64,000 nt of DNA. Origin: Octopus sinensis. Lineage: Eukaryota. The notes under the pieces are model-generated. The model ran no database searches, was not told the DNA's origin, and saw nothing but the letters and a program-made list of their open reading frames with translations. Below, one piece after another: positions 1 through 13,098 of this stretch. Position numbers and translations under genes: made by a program. The stretch is taken from the NCBI RefSeq assembly GCF_006345805.1, contig NC_043001.1, forward strand, positions 111,600,001 through 111,664,000, given 5' to 3'. The first letter of the stretch is position 1. Each line of letters starts with the position of its first letter.

Positions 1-22
1 CGAGGGGGCAGCCACCATGTAT
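1..22 (+). mobile_element. 3' terminus of the repeat family seen at 20990-21560, followed by its (ATGT)n tail
   Basis: cgagggggcagccaccatgtat is identical to 21538-21559. Confidence 0.7.
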
Positions 23-47
23 GTATGTATGTATGTATGTATGTATG

Positions 48-78
<31 letters not shown>

Positions 79-110
79 TAATGTATGTATGTAATAATGT
101 ATGTATGTAT
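17..110. repeat. (TATG)n microsatellite
   Basis: direct tetranucleotide repeat. Confidence 0.95.
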
Positions 111-869
111 CTGCGTATGCCATTGCATGTCTGACCTATATATTTCATGATACATGCCTGCATACAAATATTCGACTATCTCTATGCGTGGAGATGCACG
201 TGCAACAAGCCAAACCTCTGGTATGTTTTACATATTTTCACTGTTCCGTTAATGGTTTGTATTTGTATATTCCTAATTAGCCGTACCCATTCTGGATTTA
301 TGGAGCCCAGTTTCTTAAGATTGGTACTGACATTGTTAGTAACAAAACCGCATCATCAGCATTCAATGTTATAAACCTAGTATTAGTCCACGTATTAAGA
401 GCTGCAAATTTGTTATTAACTCCATAAAGCCGATTTCTTTGTTTCTATCTTTAATATTATGTAAACTTTGTGGATAACGGATTTTTACTTCTGCGCACGG
501 TTTCTTTTTGTCTGTCTCATGATACTGTGTCTCGTTGCTATGACTACGTTTTACAGAACATTCCATTTGTTTTAATTCATATCATGGGTAAGTATACACT
601 GTACATCACTATAATTTCTATAATTCCATCTTCGAACTTCTTCCCTTTAACGCCTCAAATGTAAGATCTCTGCCACGAAAACGGAGGTTCGCGTCATCCT
701 ATGATGGAATCAATGTACAAACATTATTATGGAACACCGAGCCACCAGAAACAGCTGTTGGCTTTGTAATACTTTTCCTTAATCCCTTTAACTCTCTAAA
801 TCATTCGTATTCTGTGTAAGTTGGACCTTTTTATATGTATACGTATATACATTTTTTGCATCTCATCTA

Positions 870-2022
870 ATGGTCATCCTATAAATAATGCGATTTTTTA
901 ATACTTCTTTTATTTTTCAAAATTAAGATAAATAAATTTTTAAAATCTAAAATATACTCTCCTTCATTTTCTACAACGCTCTTCCATCTATCTAGTGGAC
1001 TTGCAAAGTCACTTTTCCAAAATTCACTTTTCTGTGACAAATGATACTCCTCCAGTACTGTTCTGACTTCGTCTAAAAGATTCATATTTTTTTATCCTCG
1101 CTGTATATGGCCAAGCATTATCTAGACGGAAGAACACTTTACGTCTTGAAATCAAAGATGGATATTTTTCTTCTAACGCTGACTTAAACTGCTCAAGCTG
1201 TTCACTGTAGATATTTGTTATCGCTTTATTTGGGTTTAAAACTTCAAAGTGGGCTAAACCTTTCATATCACACCAAACAGATAACAGCACCTTTCGTGGG
1301 TGACGACCTTCTTTAACCTGGGGTGCCAGTGTTTCCCCTTTCCGCACCCACTGTCTTCGGCGTTTGAGATTTTTATAGAGAACCCATTTCTCGTCACCAG
1401 TCACTACTCGGCTCAAAGAAGGTTCATTCATGAGACGTGACAACAAAGATCACATATTCACTCTCTGCGCGCGATTAGACTTGGAAAGTTTGTGAGGAAC
1501 CCATTGACCAAGTTTTCTGACTTTTCCGAAGGCACGAAGGTGTTGATGAATGGTTGAATGATTAAATCCAAGGTTCTCTGCTAGTTCCTTGAGAGATACA
1601 ATGGGATTCTGTTCCACTAGGACTTGCAGGATGTCCTCGTCGAGCTCTTCTGATCTTCCAGGATGAGTCTCATCTAGGCTGTAGTGTCCGGCTCGGAATT
1701 TCTGGAACCACCGTTGACACTGGCTTTCACTTATTGTCCGATCCCCATATGCTGCATTAATATTCCTTGCACTTTCTGTTGCATTGTTGCCTTTATTGAA
1801 CTCATAACGCAAAATATGCCGAATATCCTCCTTTGTGAATTCCATTATAGCTTTTAAAAAATAACTGCTAAAATCAAACTGCACTCTTCAAAACTTGCAA
1901 TAAGAATAAGCACAAGGAAAAATTACTACCTGTTTTTATAGCAAGTTGATGCAGCTAGTTTACCCCGTCCCGCTCCGACCTTTAATTGATGCTAAAATCG
2001 CATTATTTATGGGATGACTCAA
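870..2022 (-). mobile_element. Defective mariner DNA transposon with ~25-30 bp TIRs
   Basis: Left gtcatcctataaataatgcgatttt (873-897) matches the reverse complement of right aaaatcgcattatttatgggatgac (1994-2018) at 24/25; TA at 868-869; encloses transposase remnants. Confidence 0.92.
945..1845 (-). pseudogene. Mariner transposase pseudogene
   Basis: MEFTKEDIRHILRYEF HTH start, WVPHKL, TGDEKW, DNAWPYTA, C-terminal DRWKSVVENEGEYILD; in-frame TGA at 1450-1452, frameshift, YSPDLAPSD segment deleted. Confidence 0.92.
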
Positions 2023-2208
2023 CCACATGTGAATCGTGGGCGATTTTCTTCCTTCGTCTCCCTTCTATTAGACTTTCCTCTCTTTCCGAAGAAGAACGTC
2101 TGCTCGAAACATTAGACCACCTTTCTTTCCTTCCTTGAGCGTCTACTAATACTTCACATGTACCACGTTCTCGCGTTGTTGTTTGGTGTTTGTTCTTTTT
2201 TTGGGATT

Positions 2209-2211
<3 letters not shown>
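2022..2211 (+). mobile_element. Short PLE-type repeat with degenerate hammerhead (same family as 35048-35268)
   Basis: Collinear similarity to 35048-35268; ccgaaga-a-gaac..gctc-gaaacatt at 2086-2113; ends in (TA)n. Confidence 0.65.
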
Positions 2212-2269
<58 letters not shown>

Positions 2270-2467
2270 GTGTGTGTGTGTGTGTGTTGTTATATATTGT
2301 GTATATATGTGTATATATACGTATATTGTACATACATAGATATATACATATATGTAAACCATATATATATATGTATATATATGTATATATATATGAATAA
2401 TATACATATATATATACGTATGTATATATATGTATATATATATATGTATATAATACATAATGCATAA

Positions 2468-2506
<39 letters not shown>

Positions 2507-2515
2507 CACACACAT
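2212..2515. repeat. Compound (TA)n/(TG)n/(CA)n microsatellite
   Basis: direct. Confidence 0.95.
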
Positions 2516-3286
2516 ACGGTTGCCCTACTTCCTGGTAAAAAATCTTTTCCAGCACCAGGTTTTCTTCAGAACGAATTCATATCCTCATGGGAAGGACACT
2601 TTGTGCTTCTCATTAACTGTTTCCCAATCTCTCTAAAGACAGCTGATTGATCTCGCTTGAATTTCTTGTTAATTATTGTTTTTCAATTCCTCTTGCGATG
2701 TTTGTATTTCTCACTGACAAATTTTGACACCTGCCGCTGGATGATAAATAGACATCTAAGTCTTCTTGTCTTGCTGCCTCCAAATCGTTTTTTTTCTCTT
2801 GTTAGTTTTTGTTAGTAACAAATGTTTATTTGGATTCGTTGAGTATCGACTCACAACTGATTGTATTCGTTAGACCAACGACCTTTTGATCCGTCTGTAT
2901 CAATCTATGATGACATATTTTAATTGCTTGTTTGTTTGCTTGTTGCAAAATCAGCGACTGTACGCCGCTTGAAATAATATATATTGTGAACAGAAGAGAG
3001 CTACTGCCATATCTAGCAGACGAGGTGTCTAGTACTGAAGAGAGGCAGAAATAGTCCGAACCCAGGCTGGTCTGCTGGTCCTGTCGCTAGAAGGAGGTGG
3101 AGATTCTCTCCCCTGCTCGAAATATCTCAGATGCAACTGTGCATCGTTAACCAGCTTGAGGAGATGTCCTCTTGGGATAAAAAATCGCAGTAAAGTCCGT
3201 TCGTACGGACAGCTATGTTGAAGGGGATACGAACATTACATATTTCAATTGCTTTTCCTTTATTTATTTAACCTTTATATTTTAAT

Positions 3287-3695
3287 CTTTTACTTGTTTC
3301 AGTTATTTGACTGCGGCCATGCTGGGGCACCACTTTTAGTCGAGGAAATCGACCCCAGGACTTATTCTTTGTATGCCTAGTACTTATTCTAACGGTCCCT
3401 TTTTGCCGAACCGCTAGGTTACGGGGACATAAACACACCAGCATCGGTTGTCAAGCGATGTTGGGGGGTGGGGATAAACACAGATACGCAAACACACACA
3501 TATATATATTTATATACATATATACATATATACGACGGGCTTCTTTCAGTTTCCATCTACCAAATCCACTCACAAAGCTTTGGTCGGCCCGAGGCTATAG
3601 TAGAACACACTTGCCCAAGGTGCCACGCGATGAGACTGAACACGGAACCATGTGGTTGGTAGGCAAGCTACTTACCACACAGCCACTCCTGCGCC
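3287..3695 (-). mobile_element. tRNA-derived SINE, family B (head ggcgcaggagtggctgtgtggtaag), near full length
   Basis: A-box tggctgtgtgg, B-box-like ggttcagtc; many copies in window; internal (CA)(TA) tract. Confidence 0.9.
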
Positions 3696-4435
3696 TATGG
3701 CCGAGTAGTTTAAGACGTTCGTTCAATAACTGCGAGGTTACTGGTTCGCAATCCTACAGATTGAGCAAAATAACACTTATTTATGCATTTATTTAGTTAG
3801 TATTTACAAGATATTGTTTAGTAGTTGGGGAAAGGCTATGTAAGCAGGAGGGTTTTAGCCCAAACTAAAGCAACATTATACTCCTGTGAAAATATCCCTT
3901 ACATATATCGTTAATTAGTGCCATCCTTAACTTTGTAGGCCTCATATGAATACATGTGCAATATGGTCTGTCCTGAAATGAGTGTTTTAGCAACAATAAT
4001 ATTTCATTCGAAACCCAACTCAGATAATCTTCTCTAGTCTCCTAGATCATAATACACACATTATCATGACCGCTGTTATAGTTATGGGAAATTAGTTATG
4101 TGAACAGTTAACCATCCTGCGAGCTTACATTGTAGAGGTTAAAATCAACTCTGCTGTTGTTACTGCCAAAATCACCACTGACAGAGTGGAGCAATATTCA
4201 AAGGCTTTCCAGGCATGATTATCCTGTCACTTTAGGTTATTCTGGTACATTGTTTAATGCCTTCTTTCTTTAAATTCAAGACGGTAAGATGCAATTTAAA
4301 AAATTAATTCGACGTTATTTCTAGCAGATTGAGCGATCTCGTTGTGGCCTTTCCGATGGTTCAAACTTGGTCAATTATTATTGTTGTTTTGTTGTTATCA
4401 TCATCATCATCATCATCGTCGTCATCATCATACAG

Positions 4436-4548
4436 ATATTCGTCCTCATCTTGTTTGTTCCAGCATGATATATCCTTCAGCCTTCATCAGGTGTCTTAGT
4501 GAAATTTCGAACATGGGTTCTCATTTCTAAGGTATTTGTTCGAGGTTG
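4436..4548 (-). mobile_element. Short PLE-type repeat with the 5' half of a hammerhead (acac-CTGATGA-a-ggctg), 3' half deleted
   Basis: Shares ccttag(a/g)aatg and aacaaacaagatgaggac with 60720-60830; abuts (AAT)n array. Confidence 0.6.
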
Positions 4549-4549
4549 T

Positions 4550-4550
4550 T

Positions 4551-4604
<54 letters not shown>

Positions 4605-4698
4605 GTAATTGTTGTTGTTGTTGTTGTTGTTGTTATTATTATTGTTGTTGTTGTTGTTATTATTATTATTATTATTATTGTTGTTGTTGTTGTTATTA

Positions 4699-4765
<67 letters not shown>

Positions 4766-4790
4766 CATCATCAATATTATTATTATCTGC
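4550..4790. repeat. Compound (TTA)n/(TTG)n microsatellite
   Basis: direct; source of the poly-I/Y/L ORFs. Confidence 0.95.
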
Positions 4791-5339
4791 TTATGCGTTC
4801 TAGGAATATGGTCGTTTACTCTTATTTGTTCGCCGTTCTGAGTTCTGAAAATAAAATTACAATCATCAACCGTGTCCTTGTGTTTAACGACTGCAGCAGG
4901 CGTGTGCAATTGTTTTCTCGTGAAATGATTTAGTTCTGGTTGAAATTTGTCCTGTATAATCTTATTCTAATCCAATCACCAGCAGTGTGATATTTTTGGG
5001 CCATCTTGTATCAATTATATTAATATTTTCGAATTGCTTAACAATTTCGATTTTTCTGCTACTAAAACTATGAAGATTCTGTTTTGGCTTTTCAATTTAT
5101 GTCGCTGATGAATCTGGTCGTGCTATTTATAACGATTCTCAGCATGGTGAATTCTTAGTCTGAGACCAATATATTCACTATCTTGAATAAAAGATGCTAG
5201 TGAATGTGAGTAGAAGACTAATCATTTATTTAATAAGGTTGGTACTTGAGGCATTAATATTGGAGATGGTATTCATCGTACATTTTTCAGTAGTCTCCCA
5301 CGCCAAACGTGTGTCACACCGAAGGTTTATCCGCGTACC

Positions 5340-5363
5340 TATGTATGTATGTATGTATGTATG

Positions 5364-5394
<31 letters not shown>

Positions 5395-5743
5395 TTGTAT
5401 GTATGTCTCTTTTATTTTTTAATTATTATAAATCTTCCACTGAGTGGGGAGCCGGTTTCCAAGATACAAGGCTCCATCTTTGGGATGTAGTTAACTCAGA
5501 CAAATTCACATTTGAAACTTGAGAAAAGTCTTGTATATTTTTACTGTTCCACTCACATATTGCACTTATAATGTACTAATCAACCGATCACTTTCTCTTT
5601 CTGACAATCCCAATTTATCCAGATACCCCTTTAAGCATTTACTAACAAAACCTAAAGGTCCAATTATTATTGGTATGACTATGAATTCATAGTCTGGATA
5701 CAGAAACTGCAGGTTTCGAAGCAGTTGTCCATAGATATCCTTT

Positions 5744-5775
<32 letters not shown>

Positions 5776-6002
5776 TGTATGTATGTATGTATGTATGTAT
5801 GTATGTATGTCATTATCAAGATTTCTTGCCAATAGAGAAAGAACCGGTTTCTAACCTAGAGCCAAGGCTCCATTGGAATTTCAACATCAGCAACCGGGTA
5901 TGTATGTATGTATGTATGTATGTATGTATGTATGTATGTATGTATGTATTTATACATGTATGCATGCATGCATGTATGTATGTATGTATGTATGTATGTA
6001 TG
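5340..6002. repeat. Three (TATG)n tracts (5340-5405, 5748-5808, 5898-6002)
   Basis: direct. Confidence 0.9.
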
Positions 6003-6499
6003 TTTTATGTACGTATTCTCATGCATATAGTTGCATGAACAGCAGCATATTTTTTTATGCGGATAAGTATATGTGCAGATTTGTATGTCTTGTTTTATGT
6101 ATGCATTCTCATGCATATAGTTACATATCTAGATATGCTATATGCTCATATATACTTAAATGATAAACTTCTGGAAAGTTTTACAGATTTTTACAGTTCT
6201 AGTAATGGGTTAGATCTGTAGTCTTCGAATTAGCTGTCTCCTTTCTGGTTCTCCGAAGCCTAATTTCTCAAGGTTGGTATTTAGGCTGTGTGTTACATAT
6301 CTCAGGGCTCCAATAATTGCAGGTATAAACCTGAAATTATGTATGTATGTATGTATGTTCTCTTTCTCAGTTTAATTTAGAATAAATTTCGGTCGGCTAC
6401 CTAACTTGGTAGCAAGGCTGTGAAGGAAAGCCTCTTGTTTTCTTCATCAGCATTTAAATCTTTAGAAGGTTCGCTGATTTTTATTGTCCTATATATCGC

Positions 6500-6900
6500 C
6501 AACGTGTTCGAATGCCTGTCACGCAACTCTTCAGTAGCGAACTGGCGGAAGGCATATGCACGGAAGGTGGACAGAAAAAGCACTTCAAGGCTAAACTCTG
6601 AACTTCACTTAGGAGCTTTGAGATCAAACCCGACATCTGGGAAACGCACGCCTAAGATCGCCCTGTCTGACGAAGCTGCACCAACAGAAGTGCCATCTTC
6701 TATGTACAGAACAGGATCGTAGGAGCACCAAAACGTAAATTACACAAGTCTAGAGCCAACAGCCTGCAGACCACCATTGCCCGCCCTGCGGTAGAGCTTT
6801 TCAAGCACGCATGCGACTAGTCGACCACAGCCAGACACTGTGATGTGTCTTCTCCCATGTAATGTCCTTAGTCATCTTCACTAACGATGGACGAACTAAC
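6500..6900 (+). mobile_element. RTE (BovB-like) LINE 3' fragment
   Basis: Broken frames give RMP..QLF.SEL, FEIKPDIWETHA.DRP, KSRANSL and a C..C..F..R..L..H-like knuckle; ends gtcatcttcactaacgatggacgaac. Confidence 0.75.
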
Positions 6901-7074
6901 AATGTATGTATACATAAATTCATGCTTTCCTGCATACATGTATGTATGCGTGTAGGCATGCATGTATGCATGTATATATGTATACATAGATGCATGCATA
7001 TATGTATATAAACATGCAAATATATATGCATTTATGTATTCGTGCATGTATATACGCATGCATGCATGCATATT

Positions 7075-7367
7075 GTTTGTTCCTATTTCGAGCCATGTCC
7101 GGCTCATAAGGGCCGGTTTCCCGGTTTCTTTGGCGTATAGGTTCCCCACCTGGACGGGACGCCCTCCGTCACAGGTGAGCTGCAAGATGCAGGAGGACAG
7201 AGTGAGAGAAAGTTGTGGCGAAAGAGTCATCAGAAATTCGCCATTACCTTCTGCCGGAGACGCGTGGAGCTTAGGTGTTTCGCTCATAAACACACACATC
7301 GCCCGATCTGAGATTCGAACCCGCGATACTTGACCGCGAGTCCGCTGCTCTAACCACTAGGCCTCCA
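7075..7367 (-). mobile_element. tRNA-derived SINE, head C with tail 1
   Basis: Minus head ggcctagtggttagagcagcggactcgcgg..ggttcgaatctc; tail matches 17145-17270. Confidence 0.85.
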
Positions 7368-7419
7368 CATACATGTATATACGTATGTATAAATGCACGT
7401 ATGTATTGAATACATGCTA

Positions 7420-7773
7420 CGAGGAGTGTTCATTAAAGTTTCCCTTGACCCACTTCCGGTTATTGCAGGAAACGGCACTTGTACATGTATAATCATACCT
7501 GTCTCTACATGTCATATCGTAAATTGCAGTTTTCCATTAGTATTCGTTTGTCTTTTACGGATGAGGATGAACTTATTTCGGAGGTAAAGTCCTGGTTCCA
7601 GACGCAACCTACCGACTTCTACAGACGAGGTATTCACAGCTGCATAAAGCGATCGGAGAAATGTGTCACCATTGGTGGTGACTATATAAAGACGGACTAA
7701 TAATTATGCCAAGTTTCGTTTATTCCAGTCCATGGGAAGCGGGTCAGGGGAAATCTTTATTGAACAACTCTCG
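7420..7773 (+). mobile_element. Internally deleted mariner (MITE-like, 354 bp)
   Basis: TA-cgaggagtgttcattaaagtttccc ... gggaaatctttattgaacaactctcg-TA; retains C-terminal FTDEDELISEVKSWFQTQPTDFYRRGIHSCIKRSEKCVTIGGDY. Confidence 0.88.
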
Positions 7774-8119
7774 TACGTTTCCAAATAACTATTCGCTCTT
7801 TCAAATACGCGCCATTGTCGGGAGACAAACAAGCGAAAAATGAGATAACGATTGTTGTAGCATTACTTGAGATCATATAATGTTTGACCGGATGGTTTGC
7901 CGGTCAGTCGGTATGTCAGCAGGGTAGTTTGGCATTAATGACAATTCAGTTATTACAAGTTATTTACTAGCATTATCGCTTTTCACAATTCGCCACAGGC
8001 CATGTCTAGCAAAGATCGCGGACATCCGTACAGATATCTACGTGAGATCATGGTGTCAGTTGTCTTCACCTACATTCTCAACAATCGACTGTCCATCCAT
8101 CTTTCTGTTTATCTGTTGA

Positions 8120-8171
8120 TGTATGTATGTATGTATGTATGTATGTATGTATGTATGTATGTATGTATGTA

Positions 8172-8232
<61 letters not shown>

Positions 8233-8277
8233 ATATATATATATCTATCTGTCTGTCTGTCTGCCTGCCTGCCTGCC

Positions 8278-8370
<93 letters not shown>

Positions 8371-8482
8371 GTTTGTGTACCAGTCTGTGTGTGTGTATAA
8401 TTGTGTGCATGTTGGTATGTGTATGTGTGTCTGTGCGTGTATGAATGAGTGTGTATTTCTTTCGTACATGTACGCCTGTATA

Positions 8483-8520
<38 letters not shown>

Positions 8521-8544
8521 TATATACATATGCCTATACATATG

Positions 8545-8586
<42 letters not shown>

Positions 8587-8644
8587 TATATATATACATA
8601 TACATACATACATACATACATACATACATACATACATACATACA

Positions 8645-8675
<31 letters not shown>
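8120..8675. repeat. Compound (TATG)/(TCTG)/(TCTA)/(TA)/(CATA) microsatellite
   Basis: direct. Confidence 0.95.
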
Positions 8676-8677
<2 letters not shown>

Positions 8678-9267
8678 GTCTGTTTAAGAACGCAGAACAC
8701 AGGCGTTATATTGCTAAATGTTTCATTGAACAAAGTTTAGAAAAACCTGAAATAGAGAATTATTTCCTTCCTTCCTCTCTCATATCAGCATTAAGTACAA
8801 TGCTTTATTCTTTCTATCATTAACTTCATCCGTTATTTTCCTCCCGAATATTCTCTGCCATATTTGTCTTAAGTAATGCACACACTACATTTTGTGATAC
8901 ACTTATATTTATGTATTATTTACTTTATCTATCATTAACTTAGTTTTCCATCACCTATATGTTAACGAAATAATTTTATTACAGAGATTAGCACGCTCTG
9001 TTCTTAACACCTTTCTACACCATATTCATCACGGTGTTCTAAGTCCAAATAAATCCTTAAAACCTCATATTATAACGGCTAAATCCTTTCTATTCCTCGT
9101 TAATTTGTTAACTTAAGACGAACCAGAAAATTTAAGGTAGAGTATCATGTTAGTTTTTTCCTGTGCGTTTCGCATGTATTCATTAAGTTAATAATCTTTC
9201 TTAATACGTCGATACATTCTTATTAATATAACATAATATAATATAATATAGTATAATTTATATAAAC

Positions 9268-9344
<77 letters not shown>

Positions 9345-9353
9345 GTCTATCTA

Positions 9354-9403
<50 letters not shown>

Positions 9404-9597
9404 AGGATAAGAGCGTTAATTAAATTAATTAAATATCGATCTTATCAAGTGTCCAGCATGGAAATATAAACCTTCAAAGGTAATAATTATTATTGAAATT
9501 ATAATTATAATTTAGGGTATCTACGAGATACCACCGTGCTGAAAATAGCTGCCAGAATCTGACTCTAAAACCACAACGTCAAATGTCCATCTGATTT

Positions 9598-9628
<31 letters not shown>

Positions 9629-9651
9629 ATATGTATATTATATATATATAT

Positions 9652-9850
9652 AGTTGGAATTTACGAAACAAAAACAAAAGATGAAGACGAGTGTGTAAAC
9701 AACAAACAGATGTATTAATTTAACGCTCGGGAAGTGAGAAAGTCTTTTACGTTTCGGGCCGACGCTCTTTAACAGAAAGGAACACGAGAACATAAACAAA
9801 GAGAATAAAAAAAGTAAAGGCTTAGTGGTTAGTGATCAATCATGGTACAT
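9652..9850 (-). mobile_element. Short PLE-type repeat with hammerhead-like motif (family of 36140 and 54540)
   Basis: Minus cttt-CTGTTAA-a-gagc gtcg gccc-GAAA-cg-TA-aaag at 9744-9779. Confidence 0.7.
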
Positions 9851-10792
9851 ACAGTCCCCATCTGTTTATTATATTCCCATAAGCCATAACACAGGAATTC
9901 AGCTTATCTGTCCATGCATTTTTCTGTATGCTGATGTTCCAGTTTTCATTGCTGAATCTAGCGAATTTTAGCAAGAAACATCAGGCATGGAAGCATAACT
10001 TAAAACTGAGAGATATTAAAGTAAACTTAACAAAGACTAAATTTTTAGTGAGCAAAATGACAGGCTTCTGCTCTTGTCAAGGTAAAAAGTAATTTTTAGC
10101 ATGCAGGAAAAAGCTGGTAGAAAATCCTTATATTATCCTCAGTATAAAATATGGATACGCAAGAGATGTTGTGAGATCCCATGAAGGTTAAAACAGAAAG
10201 TATATTTCATGAACAGCAAATGTACAGGAGCACTAAACGATATGACCATACTATCTATCCTCCCCCACCAACATCATCATCATCATCACTTGCAACACCT
10301 ATAGCAACAATAGCAACGAGAATAACAACGACAAAAATGAACAAGAGATTTTAAAAACCGAAATTTGAAAACTAAAGAAACACCGTTTCACTAAATTTCA
10401 CTTCTAGAAATTTTTGCGAAGTTGAAATTCTGTGATTCGGTTTTGGTTTGTTGTGAAAATAATTAGTGTGAAGCAGATGTGGGTATAATAATTAGCTGAA
10501 TGCAGCTGTGTATTCAATAATTAGTCTCGTGCAAGCTGTCTAGTAAGACAAATTAGCTGTATGCATTGATGTGGAAATTGCAGTCGAGAAGAAATGTTGG
10601 TTGCATTGAGTCATTTAACAACGGCAATTATGAAGATATGCATTTTTCTAACAGACCACACAAACAAACCACAAACCAAAATCAATTGTCTGTTTGTTAT
10701 GGTTTATTGAGTGTGAAGACACTTGTTTTAGAAGAATGTCGATATTAAAGAGGAGTCTGTACACACATACATACCCACACACACGCCCGCAC

Positions 10793-11405
<613 letters not shown>

Positions 11406-11692
11406 ACACATATCTATCTATCTATACACATACGCATACATAGGCATACATAGGCATATGTGGATACACTATTTAGCATCGTTATTGAAGGTGTGTATAA
11501 AGGTAAGTGCGATAATATTGATTTGGTTGAGACCTCAGGTATCACCATTAGTATCTTATGCAATGAGTTGAATAATCATTTAAAAGAAAAACCCGAGATC
11601 CCTGTCAAACCAATATAGTCTTTTATTTTAAAATATTTCAAACCAAACATAAAATCTACAAATAATAGCATGACGTTATGATATATATGTAT

Positions 11693-11733
<41 letters not shown>

Positions 11734-11756
11734 CATACATATATATATAATATATA

Positions 11757-11833
<77 letters not shown>

Positions 11834-11932
11834 TAAAACGGTAAGATAACAAAAGAAAGAAAGAGACCTCAATATTATGTAAATAGAGGAAATTTATCTA
11901 TACAATTATATGTTACATTACTCGATAGTCAA

Positions 11933-11990
11933 GATAAAACTCTGAGTTTCAGATGCCGAATTGGGAATCCACGACATCTCTTCGGTTATC
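11933..11990 (-). ncRNA. Candidate type I hammerhead ribozyme, CCGAAGA core (left arm)
   Basis: Mirror image of 12182-12239. Confidence 0.55.
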
Positions 11991-12181
11991 TGGCTATTTG
12001 AAAACGCTATGAAAAAATACCGTTATACAAAGGGAAATTTCTGTGTTATAACTCTGCTTGCCTGCGTACTTATACATCGCTCGCATTTTTCGCCATGTAT
12101 AAGTACGCAGGCAGGCAGAGTTATAACACAGTTATTTCCCTTTGTATAACGGTATTTTTTCATAGCGTTTTCAAATAGCCA

Positions 12182-12239
12182 GATAACCGAAGAGATGTCG
12201 TGGATTCCCAATTCGGCATCTGAAACTCAGAGTTTTATC
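12182..12239 (+). ncRNA. Candidate type I hammerhead ribozyme, CCGAAGA core (right arm)
   Basis: Stem I gataa/ttatc; core ccgaaga; stem II gatgtcg/cggcatc; extra t; GAAA; stem III actc-a-gagt; predicted cut GUU after 12234. Confidence 0.55.
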
Positions 12240-12265
12240 GTGACTATCGAGTAATGTAACATATA

Positions 12266-12354
<89 letters not shown>

Positions 12355-12459
12355 AATAATAAGGGTGAAAATTGAATATTATTTGCTTAATATCAATATA
12401 AAACCATTGGTCTAGCATAGTGAAAAATCTGAAGATTCAGAAAAATTATATTACATATA

Positions 12460-12690
12460 TATCAGAGGGATGACCACCAAGTGGTCATCCACTATGCTAG
12501 AGGTAGACCCCATATGGTCTGACCATGGCGGGAAAAAGAGTACTCAAATACCACAGATAGAGTAATATGCTTTTATTTAAAAGCAGCAGAAATATAACAA
12601 AAGCTGTTACTCAGCGTTTCACGTTCCCGTTCGTGAAACTTGAGTAACAACTTTTGTTATATTTCTGCTGCTTTTAAATAAAAGTATATC

Positions 12691-12692
<2 letters not shown>
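12460..12692. mobile_element. PLE-type repeat ending in a ~58 bp fold-back palindrome
   Basis: Arms 12566-12623 and 12632-12688, loop ttcccgtt; arms carry a GAAAC..GAGTA hammerhead 3' half; 10 bp hairpin 12468-12490; (TA)n downstream. Confidence 0.8.
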
Positions 12693-12759
<67 letters not shown>

Positions 12760-12774
12760 ACAAACATAGTAAAT

Positions 12775-12940
12775 TTAATTACATCGACCCCAGTGCGTAA
12801 CTGGTTCTTAATTTATCGACCCCGAAAGGATGAAAGGCGAAGTCGACCTCGGCGGAATTTGAACTCGGACCGTAACGGCAGACGAAATACGGCTACGCAT
12901 TTCGCCCGGCGTGCTAACGTATCTGCCGGCTCGCCGCCTC
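12775..12940 (-). mobile_element. tRNA-derived SINE, family A (head ggcggcgagctggcagaaacgttagcac)
   Basis: B-box gagttcaaattcc; many copies in window. Confidence 0.9.
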
Positions 12941-12944
12941 TTCA

Positions 12945-13098
12945 TTCATTCAGTTTCCGTCTACCAAATCCACTCACAAGTCTTTGGTCGGCCAGAAGTT
13001 ATAGCAGAAGACACTTGCCCAAGGTGCCAAGCAGTGGGACTGAACCCGGAACCGCGTGGTTGGTAATCAGGCTGCTTACTATACAGCCACTCCTGCGC
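12945..13098 (-). mobile_element. SINE family B, 5' half
   Basis: matches 3535-3695. Confidence 0.85.

Larger units (their letters stand above)
11830..12273. mobile_element. PLE-type repeat with a 179 bp fold-back inverted duplication, flanked by (TA)n
   Basis: Arms 11899-12077 and 12095-12273, 17 nt spacer, 4 mismatches seen; single non-inverted relative at 36347-36515. Confidence 0.9.

Noticed and set aside
3000-3240. GC-richer stretch with small hairpins
   Set aside because: No second copy, ORF signature or ribozyme core was recognised.
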